A stretch of DNA of 64,000 bases from an uncultured Bacillales bacterium. GTDB taxonomy: Bacteria > Bacillota_I > Bacilli_A > RF39 > UBA660. The DNA is taken from positions 475,243 through 539,242 of the forward strand of contig CAMNEE010000001.1 in NCBI GenBank assembly GCA_946536225.1. Direction: 5' to 3'. The notes beneath the pieces are model-generated. The model saw nothing but the letters and a program-made list of their open reading frames with translations. It did not search any database and had not been told where the DNA came from. Shown here one piece after another: positions 39,141-49,536 of the stretch. Numbering within the stretch: position 1 is the first letter of the stretch; each line of letters starts with the position of its first letter. The position numbers were made by a program, and so were the translations under genes.

Positions 39141-40856
39141 ATGATTAAATTTATGATTAAAAAATTAAAATTATTTATTTGTTTATTAAGTTGTATAGTA
39201 TTGTTACCAAGTGTTGTTAATGCACATACACTTAGATTTGGAGAACAATCTAAGACACCAGGAACTACTACAATTCCTGTTTATTTAAAAGCTGATCCAG
39301 GAATACCTGCAGGTGGTTCTGTTAAACTTGATTGTAATACTAGTGAACCAAAAGTAGGTTGTTCTATTAAATATGTTAATGGAATTATGAATGGACAAGC
39401 TTCTGATCCTATTAATGCTGGAGAAGAAAAAGAAATTGCAAAAATAGAATTAAATAATTATGACTATAGTAATTATAATAATGTATCTGTTACTGTTGTG
39501 GGACCTGGTGGTGTAACTAAATCAGGATCTTATAATGTTGAAGGTAAACCATCACTTAAAACTGACTCAAAGATATCTGCTTTGACTGTTAGTCAAGGAT
39601 CAATGTACCCAACATTCAATAAAGATACATATGACTATACTGTATATAATCTTAAAGATACTCTTATTTCAGTAACTTTTAATTATACATGTGATAGATG
39701 TTCTATAGTTGCTGAAGCAGATGATAAAATTGATATTTCTAGAGGTTCTACTTCTGTAAAAGCTAGTAATCTTCAAAAAGGTGACAATAAAGTAACTTTG
39801 GTTGTAGCAAGTGAAGATGGTTCTAATAAAGATACTTATACTTTTAGAATTATAAGAGGTGAAACTAAATATAATTCTTCTAAATTAGAAAGTTTAACAA
39901 TTGGGGACTACCATTTAGATCCTCAATTTAAGAGTGATAAATTAGATTACACTATAAGTGTCCCTAATTCAGTTGAAAAGTTAATTGATTATATTGAATA
40001 TAAAGCTGAAGATGAAGATGCTGAAATTGTTATTAATGGTGCTGAAGCATTAGCAACTGGTGAAAATAAAATTACTATTGAAATTACTAGTGTTAATAAA
40101 GATAATACAACTACTTACAATTTAACTGTTGTAAGACTTCCGGATGATGCTATTATTGTTAAAAAATATAAAGATAAATCTATTACATTTATTGATGCTA
40201 ATGAAAAAGAACAAAAGATGGATGAAGACGAATTTGAGAAAGCCTATCCAACTATTTGGGAAGATATCAAATCTGGTAAGATTAAATTTGATAAAGATGG
40301 TAATGTTATAACTGGTGAAGAGGAAGAAGAAGGAAAAGAGAAAAAAGACAACAAAACTATTATAGTTATTGTTATTATTGTAGTTGCTATAATTATTATT
40401 GTTGTATCTGGTATTCTTCTATTTAGAAAGAAAGATCCTAAAAAAGAAGAATTAAAGAAAGAACAAAAAATTAAGAAAAAGGCTGAAAAGAAAGCTAAGA
40501 AAGATCGTTATAAAAAATTAGAAGAAAAGTATTATGACGAATATTATAACGAAGATGATAGTGACTCTGAAGAAGATGAAGAAGTTGAAGAAGACACTGA
40601 AATTAAAGAAGAAGATAAACTATCAAAGAATGAAGCTAATTCACTTTTAGATGATGATTATATCTTTGAAAGTTCTATTATTGAAGATGAAAAAGAAGAT
40701 GAAAAAGAAGAACACGTAGATAAAAGTGAAGTCGTAGATGTAGATGAAGCTCTTGAAGATCTAATGAATACTAAAACATATGACTTTAGTGATGAATTAG
40801 GTGATCTTGAAGATGAAGATGACGAAGAAGACGAGGACGAGGATAAAGACGAGTAA
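39141..40856 (+). CDS. Surface protein with two cadherin-like beta-sandwich domains, TM helix and long acidic tail
   Basis: Signal peptide; two LxxLxV...LxPxF...Y...V...GxNxIxI...SED..Y repeats; IIVIVIIVVAIIIIVVSGILLF TM; D/E-rich end. Confidence 0.78.
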   Translation: MIKFMIKKLKLFICLLSCIVLLPSVVNAHTLRFGEQSKTPGTTTIPVYLKADPGIPAGGSVKLDCNTSEPKVGCSIKYVNGIMNGQASDPINAGEEKEIAKIELNNYDYSNYNNVSVTVVGPGGVTKSGSYNVEGKPSLKTDSKISALTVSQGSMYPTFNKDTYDYTVYNLKDTLISVTFNYTCDRCSIVAEADDKIDISRGSTSVKASNLQKGDNKVTLVVASEDGSNKDTYTFRIIRGETKYNSSKLESLTIGDYHLDPQFKSDKLDYTISVPNSVEKLIDYIEYKAEDEDAEIVINGAEALATGENKITIEITSVNKDNTTTYNLTVVRLPDDAIIVKKYKDKSITFIDANEKEQKMDEDEFEKAYPTIWEDIKSGKIKFDKDGNVITGEEEEEGKEKKDNKTIIVIVIIVVAIIIIVVSGILLFRKKDPKKEELKKEQKIKKKAEKKAKKDRYKKLEEKYYDEYYNEDDSDSEEDEEVEEDTEIKEEDKLSKNEANSLLDDDYIFESSIIEDEKEDEKEEHVDKSEVVDVDEALEDLMNTKTYDFSDELGDLEDEDDEEDEDEDKDE

Positions 40857-40944
40857 TTCTCGTCTTTTATGTGCAAAAAAGTACTTGCATGGGTGAATAA
40901 GTTGTATTATAATATCATTGGTTATTGGAAGGAGGGAAGTTGTA

Positions 40945-41133
40945 ATGACAAAAGTAGAAGTTAAAAATGGTGACTTAAATGGAGCTTTAAGAAGATTCAA
41001 AATGAAAGTTGCTAAGAGTGGTGTCCCTTCTGAACTAAAGAAACACAAAGAATACACTAAACCAGGCGTTAAGAGACGTGAAGAAAAGAAAGAAAATATC
41101 AAAAATTCACGTAAAAGAGATAAAAGAAGATAA
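40945..41133 (+). CDS. rpsU: 30S ribosomal protein S21
   Basis: ALRRFK...YTKPGVKRREEK; GGAGG RBS before ATG 40945. Confidence 0.92.
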   Translation: MTKVEVKNGDLNGALRRFKMKVAKSGVPSELKKHKEYTKPGVKRREEKKENIKNSRKRDKRR

Positions 41134-41213
41134 GACTAGAAGAAATTCTAGTTTTTTTATTCTCGTAATTATTTCAAAATAATATTACTAGTGTTAGAAT
41201 TAATTATGAGGAT

Positions 41214-41834
41214 GTGGTTTATATGGCTAATCGTGGTAGTAGGAAGAAAATACCTTTTTCTATTAAACAAGTTAGTTTAATATCTAGAGTTATTATTTAT
41301 ATTGGTGTTATAGCAACTGTTGTAATGTGTTTAATATCTACAGTTTATTCATTTAATAAAATAGGTTTATTAAATAGAAATGTAAATGGAGAATATTTAG
41401 CTCATTATGCTGACTATGATACTATGTTTATGTTTAGTAATTATTTTAATTCTACTGAACTTTCTGAACAAATTATTAAAGAGCCACGTGAATATGTTGT
41501 TTTTAGTATACTTTGTTATGCTAAGAATGCTTTACAATATGCTATTGCATCTATTATTTTAATAGCATTTGCATTCTTCTTAGATTTTGATAATCTAAAG
41601 AATCCATTTACTAATAAGTCTATTAAAATAGTAAACGTATTAATTGGTTCTACCATGGCTATGTTTTTTATAAATTTGATATTTAATTTTCAAATTAACT
41701 TAACATGTCCACATTTTGTTGATAGAATAAATACATATATTTTCCCAGCTATGTATGCATTAATAACATTTAGTTTATTAATATTTAATTATTGTTTAAG
41801 AACTGGGAAGAAATTTATAGAAGGAGATAAGTAA
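41214..41834 (+). CDS. Membrane protein (DUF2975-like)
   Basis: Four TMs with NPFTNKSI motif. Confidence 0.55.
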   Translation: MVYMANRGSRKKIPFSIKQVSLISRVIIYIGVIATVVMCLISTVYSFNKIGLLNRNVNGEYLAHYADYDTMFMFSNYFNSTELSEQIIKEPREYVVFSILCYAKNALQYAIASIILIAFAFFLDFDNLKNPFTNKSIKIVNVLIGSTMAMFFINLIFNFQINLTCPHFVDRINTYIFPAMYALITFSLLIFNYCLRTGKKFIEGDK

Positions 41835-41835
41835 T

Positions 41836-42282
41836 ATGTACGAGACAGTAAAAAAAGATTTAGTAGCTGCTATGAAAGCAGGAGATAAGTTTAAACTTAA
41901 TGTAATAAAAATGCTTAAGAGTGCTTTAATGAATGAAGAAATTAATTTAGGTGGAAATGGATCTGGATTAACTGATGATCAAGTACTTGCAGTAATTAAA
42001 AGAGAAGTTAAGAAAAGAAATAGTTCTATTGAAGAATATACTAAGTATGGAAAAGTTGATACTGTAGAAGAGTTAAAGAAAGAAGTAGAAATATTATCTG
42101 TTTATTTACCTGAAGAGATGAGTGATGAAGAATTATCTAAACATGTTGATGAAATAATAGCAGAAGTTGGTGCTGAAACTATTAAAGACATGGGTAAGGT
42201 AATGAAAGAACTTACTAGTAAATATGGCAGTGTTATTGATATGTCTAAAGCATCTAGTATTGTTAAATCAAAATTAAATTAA
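41836..42282 (+). CDS. GatB/YqeY domain protein
   Basis: AMKAGDK, KREVKKR, YLPEEMS, KDMGKVM. Confidence 0.92.
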   Translation: MYETVKKDLVAAMKAGDKFKLNVIKMLKSALMNEEINLGGNGSGLTDDQVLAVIKREVKKRNSSIEEYTKYGKVDTVEELKKEVEILSVYLPEEMSDEELSKHVDEIIAEVGAETIKDMGKVMKELTSKYGSVIDMSKASSIVKSKLN

Positions 42283-42355
42283 GAGCAATTATTATTGCTC
42301 TTTTATTTATTATTAGTCTAGTTTTTAGTATAATATATTTGAAAGGAATGATTAA

Positions 42356-42967
42356 ATGATACCTAATAAGACTTTTGATATTATCAATAATATTATTCCT
42401 ATGGTGTTTTTATTTACAGTAGTAGCAATTCTTTTACGTGTAGTAATTGCTACTTATACTAAAAGTAAAATAAGTTTTTATAAAGAAACAAAATTACTAG
42501 TATATATTTTATATTTATTTGTTTTGTTTCAATTAGTTACAACTACTGATTATGGTAGTTATGGATATAATAATTTTATTCCTTTTAAAGAGATTTTGCG
42601 TTATGATATAGCAGCTCCATTATTCTGGAGAAATGTAGTTGGTAATATTGTAGTATTTGCTCCATTTGGATATATTATTACAGATATTATTTATATGTTT
42701 ACTAAAAGAATGAATGTATTTATATCATTTGGATTTACTGTTTTAATGAGCAGTTCAATTGAATTTATTCAAATGTTTATAGGTAGATCTTTTGATATAG
42801 ATGATATTATATTAAATTCCCTTGGTGGATTACTTGGTTTTATAACATTCGTTATAATGAAGAAGATATTTAGGGAAGATAACTTTATTACTAATACTGT
42901 AAAAGCATTCTTATTTCTAGTAGTAGCAATAGTGATATGCTTATTTGTATATTTTGCAATTAAATAG
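42356..42967 (+). CDS. VanZ-family membrane protein
   Basis: NFIPF, GNIVVFAPFG, IEFIQ, RSFDIDDIILNSLG. Confidence 0.88.
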   Translation: MIPNKTFDIINNIIPMVFLFTVVAILLRVVIATYTKSKISFYKETKLLVYILYLFVLFQLVTTTDYGSYGYNNFIPFKEILRYDIAAPLFWRNVVGNIVVFAPFGYIITDIIYMFTKRMNVFISFGFTVLMSSSIEFIQMFIGRSFDIDDIILNSLGGLLGFITFVIMKKIFREDNFITNTVKAFLFLVVAIVICLFVYFAIK

Positions 42968-42977
42968 GAGGTTTTAT

Positions 42978-43421
42978 ATGAATAAATTTGATATTATTGA
43001 TGAGTTTGGTGTTGATTTTGAATATGATTATTTAAATGATGTTATTAATCATACACTTGAAAAAGAAAATGTTAAAAATGCATATTTTGATGTTATATTT
43101 ATTGATGATGAAAAGATGCATGAAATGAATAAAGAATATCGTGGAATAGATAGAACTACAGATGTCTTATCTTTTGCTTTAGAAGATAATGATAAAATTA
43201 AAACTGAGGTAAGAGAATTAGGAGATATATTTGTAAGTATTCCTAAGATGAAAGCACAAGCAAAAGAATATGGACATTCTGAAAAAAGAGAACTTAGTTT
43301 TTTAGTTTGCCATGGGCTTCTTCATTTACTTGGATATGATCATACAAGAAGCGAGGAAGATGAAAAGATTCATTTTGGAAAACAAGATGAAATATTAAAT
43401 GATTTAAACATTATTTCGTGA
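42978..43421 (+). CDS. ybeY: rRNA maturation endoribonuclease YbeY
   Basis: TDVLSF, LGDIF, HGLLHLLGYDH; AGGAGG RBS before ATG 42978. Confidence 0.96.
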   Translation: MNKFDIIDEFGVDFEYDYLNDVINHTLEKENVKNAYFDVIFIDDEKMHEMNKEYRGIDRTTDVLSFALEDNDKIKTEVRELGDIFVSIPKMKAQAKEYGHSEKRELSFLVCHGLLHLLGYDHTRSEEDEKIHFGKQDEILNDLNIIS

Positions 43422-43459
43422 TATAATAATAACAATAGAATAAATAAGGAAGTGATATT

Positions 43460-44341
43460 ATGAGAAGTGGATTTGTAAGTATCGTAGGAAGACCTAATAC
43501 TGGTAAGAGCACTTTGATTAATGCAATAGTTAATGAAAAGATAGCTATAGTATCTGATGTTGCAGGTACTACTAGAAATACCATCCAAGGAGTTTATCAT
43601 GGTGATGACTTTCAAATAGTGTTTGTTGATACTCCTGGTATTGCTAAAGCTGGAGATAGACTTGCTAAGAAGTTAAATAAAGAATCATATGATTCTCTTG
43701 ATGATATTGATGCAATACTATTTGTAGTTGATGCTGCCGGAGGACTTGGTAAGGGAGATAAATTTATTCTTGAAACATTAAAGAAAACTGATACTCCTGT
43801 TATTCTAGTTTTAAATAAGATAGATAAACTTACTAAAGAAGGTATATTTAAAGCCATTACTAAATATAAAGATTTATATGATTTCCAAGAAATTATTCCT
43901 GTTTCCGCGCTTAAACATATTAATATAGATGAACTTATTAATATAACTAAGAATTACTTAGGAGATTTAGTTAAATACTATGATGATGATGTAGTAAGTA
44001 GTAATGATCCTAAGTTCATGGTAACAGAACTTGTAAGAGAAAAGATACTTAATTTAACTAATGATGAAGTTCCTCATTCAATTACATGTGTTCTTGAAAG
44101 TTATAATGAAAAAGCTTCTTTAATAGAAGCGCAAGTAGATATAGTTGTTTCTAGGGACTCCCTTAAGAAAATAATAATTGGTAAACAAGGTAGTATGTTA
44201 AAAGAAATTGGTATACAAGCTAGAAGAGATATTGAAAAGATGTATAAGAAACCTGTTTACCTAGAATTATATGTTAAGACAATTAAGAATTGGAGAAACA
44301 AAGAAAGTTTCTTAAATGATAATTTAGGATTGGGAGATTAG
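43460..44341 (+). CDS. era: GTPase Era
   Basis: GRPNTGKST, DTPG, NKID, IIIGKQG KH domain. Confidence 0.97.
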   Translation: MRSGFVSIVGRPNTGKSTLINAIVNEKIAIVSDVAGTTRNTIQGVYHGDDFQIVFVDTPGIAKAGDRLAKKLNKESYDSLDDIDAILFVVDAAGGLGKGDKFILETLKKTDTPVILVLNKIDKLTKEGIFKAITKYKDLYDFQEIIPVSALKHINIDELINITKNYLGDLVKYYDDDVVSSNDPKFMVTELVREKILNLTNDEVPHSITCVLESYNEKASLIEAQVDIVVSRDSLKKIIIGKQGSMLKEIGIQARRDIEKMYKKPVYLELYVKTIKNWRNKESFLNDNLGLGD

Positions 44342-44370
44342 TAATAATCTCTCTTTTATTTGGAGGGTTT

Positions 44371-45108
44371 ATGTTAAAAACAATAAAAGGATATGTTATT
44401 CAAGCAACAGATTATAAAGAAAACTCTAAGATATTAAATATTTTAACGGAAGATGGAATAGTAGGAGTAATTTCAAAGGGATGCAAGAATTTAAAAAGTA
44501 ACTTAAGACTTATTTCTCAAAAGTTAGTATACGCAGAGTATGTAATATATTATAAAGAAAAAGGATTATCTACTTTAAAAGAAGGAACTATTATTAATAA
44601 CTTTGATAATATAAAAAAGGATTTAAAAGCATCAAGTTATTTTATGTATATATCAGAACTTGCATCTCAAGTTATGAAACAAAACAAAAGAAGTGATGTA
44701 TTTAATTTATTTAATATAGCCGTTAATAAAATAAATGAAGGAATGAATCCTATTGTTATTACTAATATATTAGAAATAAAATATTTAGATTATTTAGGTA
44801 CTCCAATTAACTTAACTAGTTGTGCAAGATGTGGTAGTAAAAAGGATATTATTACAATTGATCCTGATGAAGGAGGACTTATTTGTAAAGACTGTTATAC
44901 AAATGAAATGATATATGATTTAAAAGTAGTAAAGATGCTTAGAAATTACTATGTTGTTAATTTGGAAAGTATATCTTCTCTTAAAATAAGTGAAGTACTA
45001 ATAGAACAAATAAATAATATTATTAATATATTCTATGAACGTTATACAGGACTATATATTCATAGTAAAAAATTTTTAGATAAACTTGATAGTCTTAATT
45101 TAAAATAA
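44371..45108 (+). CDS. recO: DNA repair protein RecO
   Basis: DYKENSKIL, CARCG...ICKDC Zn finger; follows era. Confidence 0.9.
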   Translation: MLKTIKGYVIQATDYKENSKILNILTEDGIVGVISKGCKNLKSNLRLISQKLVYAEYVIYYKEKGLSTLKEGTIINNFDNIKKDLKASSYFMYISELASQVMKQNKRSDVFNLFNIAVNKINEGMNPIVITNILEIKYLDYLGTPINLTSCARCGSKKDIITIDPDEGGLICKDCYTNEMIYDLKVVKMLRNYYVVNLESISSLKISEVLIEQINNIINIFYERYTGLYIHSKKFLDKLDSLNLK

Positions 45109-45149
45109 GTAAGTAATTTAGTATAATTATGATAATAGGTGAATGATAT

Positions 45150-46541
45150 ATGGAAGAAAAAAATCATTGGTTTAAAGATTACTTTAAAGAAAAGATAAGG
45201 ATCTTTAAACGTAATAGACAAGATAAAAAAGACTATAAGAAACAAATTAAAAAACGTGAAAAAATGCTTAAAGAAATAGACGCGGAAGTTAAACAAATGG
45301 AAAAAGAAGAAAGAAAAGAAAGAAAAAAGATTCCGTTTGGAAAAAGAATGGTTAATTATGTAGTAGACTTCTATAAGGATGTAACTGATACTCAAGATGA
45401 AAAAGAACTTTTAAAACTCATGAATGAAAGAGAAAAAGCAGAGTTAAAAGAAAGAGAAAAATATAATAAGATAACCACTATTTCTATAGCAGGGTCTCTT
45501 ACAATATTTGCAGTAGTAGCAATAGTAGTATTAGTTGTATTTAGAGAGGCTACAAAAACAGACTTTGAAAGATATGTAATTCCATATATTGATAATTATT
45601 ATGATACTAATTTTAATACTAGAGATAAGTATGAAGATATAAAATATCTTTCATATTATGATGATGATAGAAATGAAATAAAAACCGATGTAGTTCTTGC
45701 AACTTTCCCTGATAATGTACATGTTATGAGTGTTAAAGATACTCAAGTTGGAGATGATGTACATACTGAAAAAGTATATGAAGATTATAAGAATAAAATG
45801 TTATCTTTAATGGGAAATGTTGGTACATTTTTTACTGATACTAAGATAACTTATAATCCATATATACTAGATTATAATTACTATTTTGATTATATTGATT
45901 GTCTTCCAAGCGGAAAGAGTTTTGATGAACTTTATAATGATGGTAATTTAACTATTATTGATAAGGTATCTTATCAAGGAGAACTCAATCTTGATAGTAT
46001 TAACCACTTTATGGAAAAACTAGGAGATGACTCAAGATTTTATTTTATTGAAACTAATGGTGTAACAGTATTTAGTTTAACTGTTGTAGAAAAAACTGGA
46101 TATAAAAAATATCCAATTACTTCTGCAATTCCTATTGCTCCATATGGAACGTTCTATGAGTTTAATCATGATGTAGGTGCTATAGGTGGAGTTGAAATAG
46201 AAATAGTAGATGATAATTATAGTGAAGATTATGATTATATTTATAGAAATAATTTAGATATTAAACCAGTTATGGAAAAGACTAGTTATATGAGAGATAG
46301 AGAAAAAGATAAAGATTTAAGTAAGTTATTTATGATTAAACTTGGAGAAGAATTATCTACGGATGATTATGTTTTCTTAGATAATAATGGTAAGGAATTA
46401 GAACTTGAATATTATCCTGATGTACAAATATTTCATACTGCAACAGGAACATATGTAATTGGTGAAAAAAGTTTTATAATAGGTAAAAAGGTAAAAGCAA
46501 ATGCTCCTTGGTATTGTAAATACTTTGGATGTAAAATATAA
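45150..46541 (+). CDS. Hypothetical single-pass membrane protein with charged N-terminal coiled coil
   Basis: K/E-rich N-terminus, one TM, acidic C-terminal domain. Confidence 0.65.
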   Translation: MEEKNHWFKDYFKEKIRIFKRNRQDKKDYKKQIKKREKMLKEIDAEVKQMEKEERKERKKIPFGKRMVNYVVDFYKDVTDTQDEKELLKLMNEREKAELKEREKYNKITTISIAGSLTIFAVVAIVVLVVFREATKTDFERYVIPYIDNYYDTNFNTRDKYEDIKYLSYYDDDRNEIKTDVVLATFPDNVHVMSVKDTQVGDDVHTEKVYEDYKNKMLSLMGNVGTFFTDTKITYNPYILDYNYYFDYIDCLPSGKSFDELYNDGNLTIIDKVSYQGELNLDSINHFMEKLGDDSRFYFIETNGVTVFSLTVVEKTGYKKYPITSAIPIAPYGTFYEFNHDVGAIGGVEIEIVDDNYSEDYDYIYRNNLDIKPVMEKTSYMRDREKDKDLSKLFMIKLGEELSTDDYVFLDNNGKELELEYYPDVQIFHTATGTYVIGEKSFIIGKKVKANAPWYCKYFGCKI

Positions 46542-46558
46542 ATTAGGAGGGCTTAATA

Positions 46559-48973
46559 ATGAGTAAGAATAAAGTTATTGCTGTAGATGGACCTGCTGGG
46601 TCTGGAAAAGGTACAATTTGTAGCTTAATTGCTAAAAAAACAGGTTACTTTTATGTAGATTCTGGTGTATACTATAGGGCAGTTATGTATATTGCACTTA
46701 AAAGAAATGTTGATATAAGCAATATAGATAATTTAGTGGAAATAGCAAATAATATTGATGTTAAATTTGTTAAAGACAAAATATTCGTGAATGGAGAAGA
46801 AGTTACTAATGAATTAAGAACTGAAGAGATTAATTCAAGAATGAAATTAGTAAATGGATTTGAAGTTTATAGAAATGCTATTAATAAGCAAATTAGAAAA
46901 CTAGTTAATGACACAAATATTATTATTGATGGAAGAGATACAACAAGTGTATTATTTCCTGATGCAACTTATAAGTTCTATATTGACTGTGATGTTGATG
47001 TTAGAACTAAGAGAAGATATGACCAAAGTATTTCTAAAGGGTTAGATGTAACATTTGAAGAAATAAAAAAGAATATCATTGAAAGAGATTATGCAGATAT
47101 GCATAGAGAAGTTGCACCTTTAGTAAGAGTAAAAGATGCTATTTACATTGATACAACTAATGATACTATTGAAGAGAGTGTGAATAAAATTATGGAAAAA
47201 ATTAATAGTGTTAATTTAAAAGATTTATATATTAATTTCTTTGTAGAAAAGGGACACAAACAAATTCCTTCTGCACCTGTAGTTCCAGAGAATGATCCAT
47301 CTGTATTATTTAACACAGCTGGTATGCAACCACTTGTACCATATTTAATGGGACAACCTCATCCATATGGAACAAGACTTACTGATTATCAAAAATGTGT
47401 AAGAACTAATGATTTAGATAACATTGGAGATACATATCATCATACATTCTTTGAAATGTTAGGTAATTGGTCTTTAGGTGATTATTTTAAAAAGGAAGCT
47501 ATTTCATGGAGTTTTGAATTTTTAACTAAAGTACTTAATATTCCAGTTGAAAGATTAGCTGTTACGGTATTTGCTGGTAATGATACAATTCCTTTTGATG
47601 AAGAAGCTTACAATTTATGGTTAAGTTTAGGTATTCCTAAAGAAAGAATTACTCCAACTAAAGATGATAATTTCTGGATAGCTGGTGAAACTGGACCATG
47701 TGGACCTGATTCAGAAATGTTCTATTGGAGAAGTGATGACCCAATTCCTGAAAAGTTTGATACTGAAGATAATAGATGGGTAGAAATTTGGAACGATGTA
47801 TTCATGCAATATGAAAAACATGAAGATGGATCTGTTACAGAGTTACCTAAGAAAAATGTAGATACAGGAATGGGTGTTGAAAGAACAACTGCTATTCTTG
47901 AAGGTAAAACAGATAATTATGCATCATCTATTTGGGCTCCAATTATAAATGAAATAGAAAGTATATCTGGTTTAACTTATGAAGGCAATGAAAAATCTAT
48001 GAGAATTATTGCTGACCATATTAGAACAGCTGTATTTATATTAGCTGATCCTGCTGGAATTAAACCAAGTAATACTGATCAAGGATATATTTTAAGAAGA
48101 CTTATTAGAAGAGCAATTAGACATGCTAAGAGACTTAATATTGATATTAATTCTAATTGGGAAGAGAGAATTGCTACTAAACTTCTTGATATGTATGACG
48201 TTTATTATTCTGAATTAAAAACTAATAGAGAAGTTGTTTTAGAAGGACTTAAAAATGAAAAAGTTAAGTTTAATAGAACACTTGAAAAAGGTTTAAGAGA
48301 ATTTGAAAAAGTTACTCGTAATTCTACGGAAATAGATGGAGTTACAGCATTCCATTTATTTGATACATTTGGTTTTCCAATTGAGTTAACTGTTGAACTT
48401 GCTGAAGAAGCTGGATTAAAAGTTGATGTTGATGGATATCATGCTAAATTCAAGGAACATCAAGAATTATCTAGAAGTGCTTCTGCTGGTAAGTTTAAAG
48501 GTGGACTTGCTGGACACTCAGAAATTGAAACTAGATATCATACAGCAACTCATTTATTAAATGCTGCTTTAAAGAAAGTAATTGGACCTGATGTTCATCA
48601 AAGAGGTTCTAATATTACTGATGAAAGAATGCGTTTTGACTTTAACTGTGATCACAAGTTAACAGATGAAGAAAAGATGGAAGCAGAAAGAATTGTTAAT
48701 GAATGGATTAATGCTGGATTAGACGTTACTATTGAAACTATGAAGAAGGAAGACGCTGTTAAATCAGGAGCAGAATGTATGTTCTTAGAAAAATATCCTG
48801 ATGAAGTTACTGTTTATTCAATTGGTAATGAAAAATATGGTATTGTTTCAAAAGAACTTTGTGGTGGACCACATGTTAAAAATACTAAAGAACTTGGAAA
48901 ATTCATTATTAAGAAAGAAGAAGCAAGTTCTGCTGGTGTTAGAAGAATTAAAGCTGTTTTAGAAGGAGAATAA
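46559..48973 (+). CDS. cmk-alaS: Fusion of cytidylate kinase (about aa 1-215) and a short alanyl-tRNA synthetase lacking the C-Ala domain
   Basis: AVDGPAGSGKGT, IDGRD, ERDYAD (Cmk); LFNTAGMQP, HHTFFEMLGNWS, DTGMGVER, HTATH, ELCGGPH (AlaRS); single uninterrupted frame. Confidence 0.92.
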   Translation: MSKNKVIAVDGPAGSGKGTICSLIAKKTGYFYVDSGVYYRAVMYIALKRNVDISNIDNLVEIANNIDVKFVKDKIFVNGEEVTNELRTEEINSRMKLVNGFEVYRNAINKQIRKLVNDTNIIIDGRDTTSVLFPDATYKFYIDCDVDVRTKRRYDQSISKGLDVTFEEIKKNIIERDYADMHREVAPLVRVKDAIYIDTTNDTIEESVNKIMEKINSVNLKDLYINFFVEKGHKQIPSAPVVPENDPSVLFNTAGMQPLVPYLMGQPHPYGTRLTDYQKCVRTNDLDNIGDTYHHTFFEMLGNWSLGDYFKKEAISWSFEFLTKVLNIPVERLAVTVFAGNDTIPFDEEAYNLWLSLGIPKERITPTKDDNFWIAGETGPCGPDSEMFYWRSDDPIPEKFDTEDNRWVEIWNDVFMQYEKHEDGSVTELPKKNVDTGMGVERTTAILEGKTDNYASSIWAPIINEIESISGLTYEGNEKSMRIIADHIRTAVFILADPAGIKPSNTDQGYILRRLIRRAIRHAKRLNIDINSNWEERIATKLLDMYDVYYSELKTNREVVLEGLKNEKVKFNRTLEKGLREFEKVTRNSTEIDGVTAFHLFDTFGFPIELTVELAEEAGLKVDVDGYHAKFKEHQELSRSASAGKFKGGLAGHSEIETRYHTATHLLNAALKKVIGPDVHQRGSNITDERMRFDFNCDHKLTDEEKMEAERIVNEWINAGLDVTIETMKKEDAVKSGAECMFLEKYPDEVTVYSIGNEKYGIVSKELCGGPHVKNTKELGKFIIKKEEASSAGVRRIKAVLEGE

Positions 48974-48976
48974 TTT

Positions 48977-49435
48977 ATGCGTGAGAATGTTAAGGAATTT
49001 GCAAAAGAAAAAGCTGCAAAAGCAGCAGAAAAAAGTAAAGGATTGTTTGCTGAATTTAAAGCATTTGTTTTAAAAGGCAATGTAATGGATATGGCAGTAG
49101 GTGTAATAATTGGTTCTGCATTTGCATCAATTGTAACTGCACTTACTACTGACTTTATTAATCCACTTATCAATGGTATTGGTGGTGCTGAAGTAAATGG
49201 TAAGATTGCTATTTATGGAGGTCAATATCTTGATTATGGACATTTTATAACTGCAGTTATCAATTTCTTAATCATGGCTTTTGTATTATTCATGATACTA
49301 AAAGCATTTAATAAGCTTACTTCAATTGGTAAGAAAAAAGAAGAAGTTAAAGAAGAAAAGCAAGAAAAACAAGCTAATCATCAAGAAGAACTTCTTGAAG
49401 CAATTCTTGCTGAATTAAAAAAGAAGAATAAGTAA
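48977..49435 (+). CDS. mscL: Large-conductance mechanosensitive channel
   Basis: EFKAFVLKGNVMDMAVGVIIG, YGHFITAVINFLI. Confidence 0.95.
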   Translation: MRENVKEFAKEKAAKAAEKSKGLFAEFKAFVLKGNVMDMAVGVIIGSAFASIVTALTTDFINPLINGIGGAEVNGKIAIYGGQYLDYGHFITAVINFLIMAFVLFMILKAFNKLTSIGKKKEEVKEEKQEKQANHQEELLEAILAELKKKNK

Positions 49436-49536
49436 GATAATATCTTACTTTTTCTTTTGGTAATAAAAAGTAATTATTTATTGTATTGTTTATTATTAGA
49501 AAGATAAATGTTATATTTATAATAGGTGAGATGAGA

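Noticed and set aside
40540-40856. GAA/GAT-rich low-complexity DNA as a repeat element
   Set aside because: It simply encodes the acidic tail of the cadherin-like protein.
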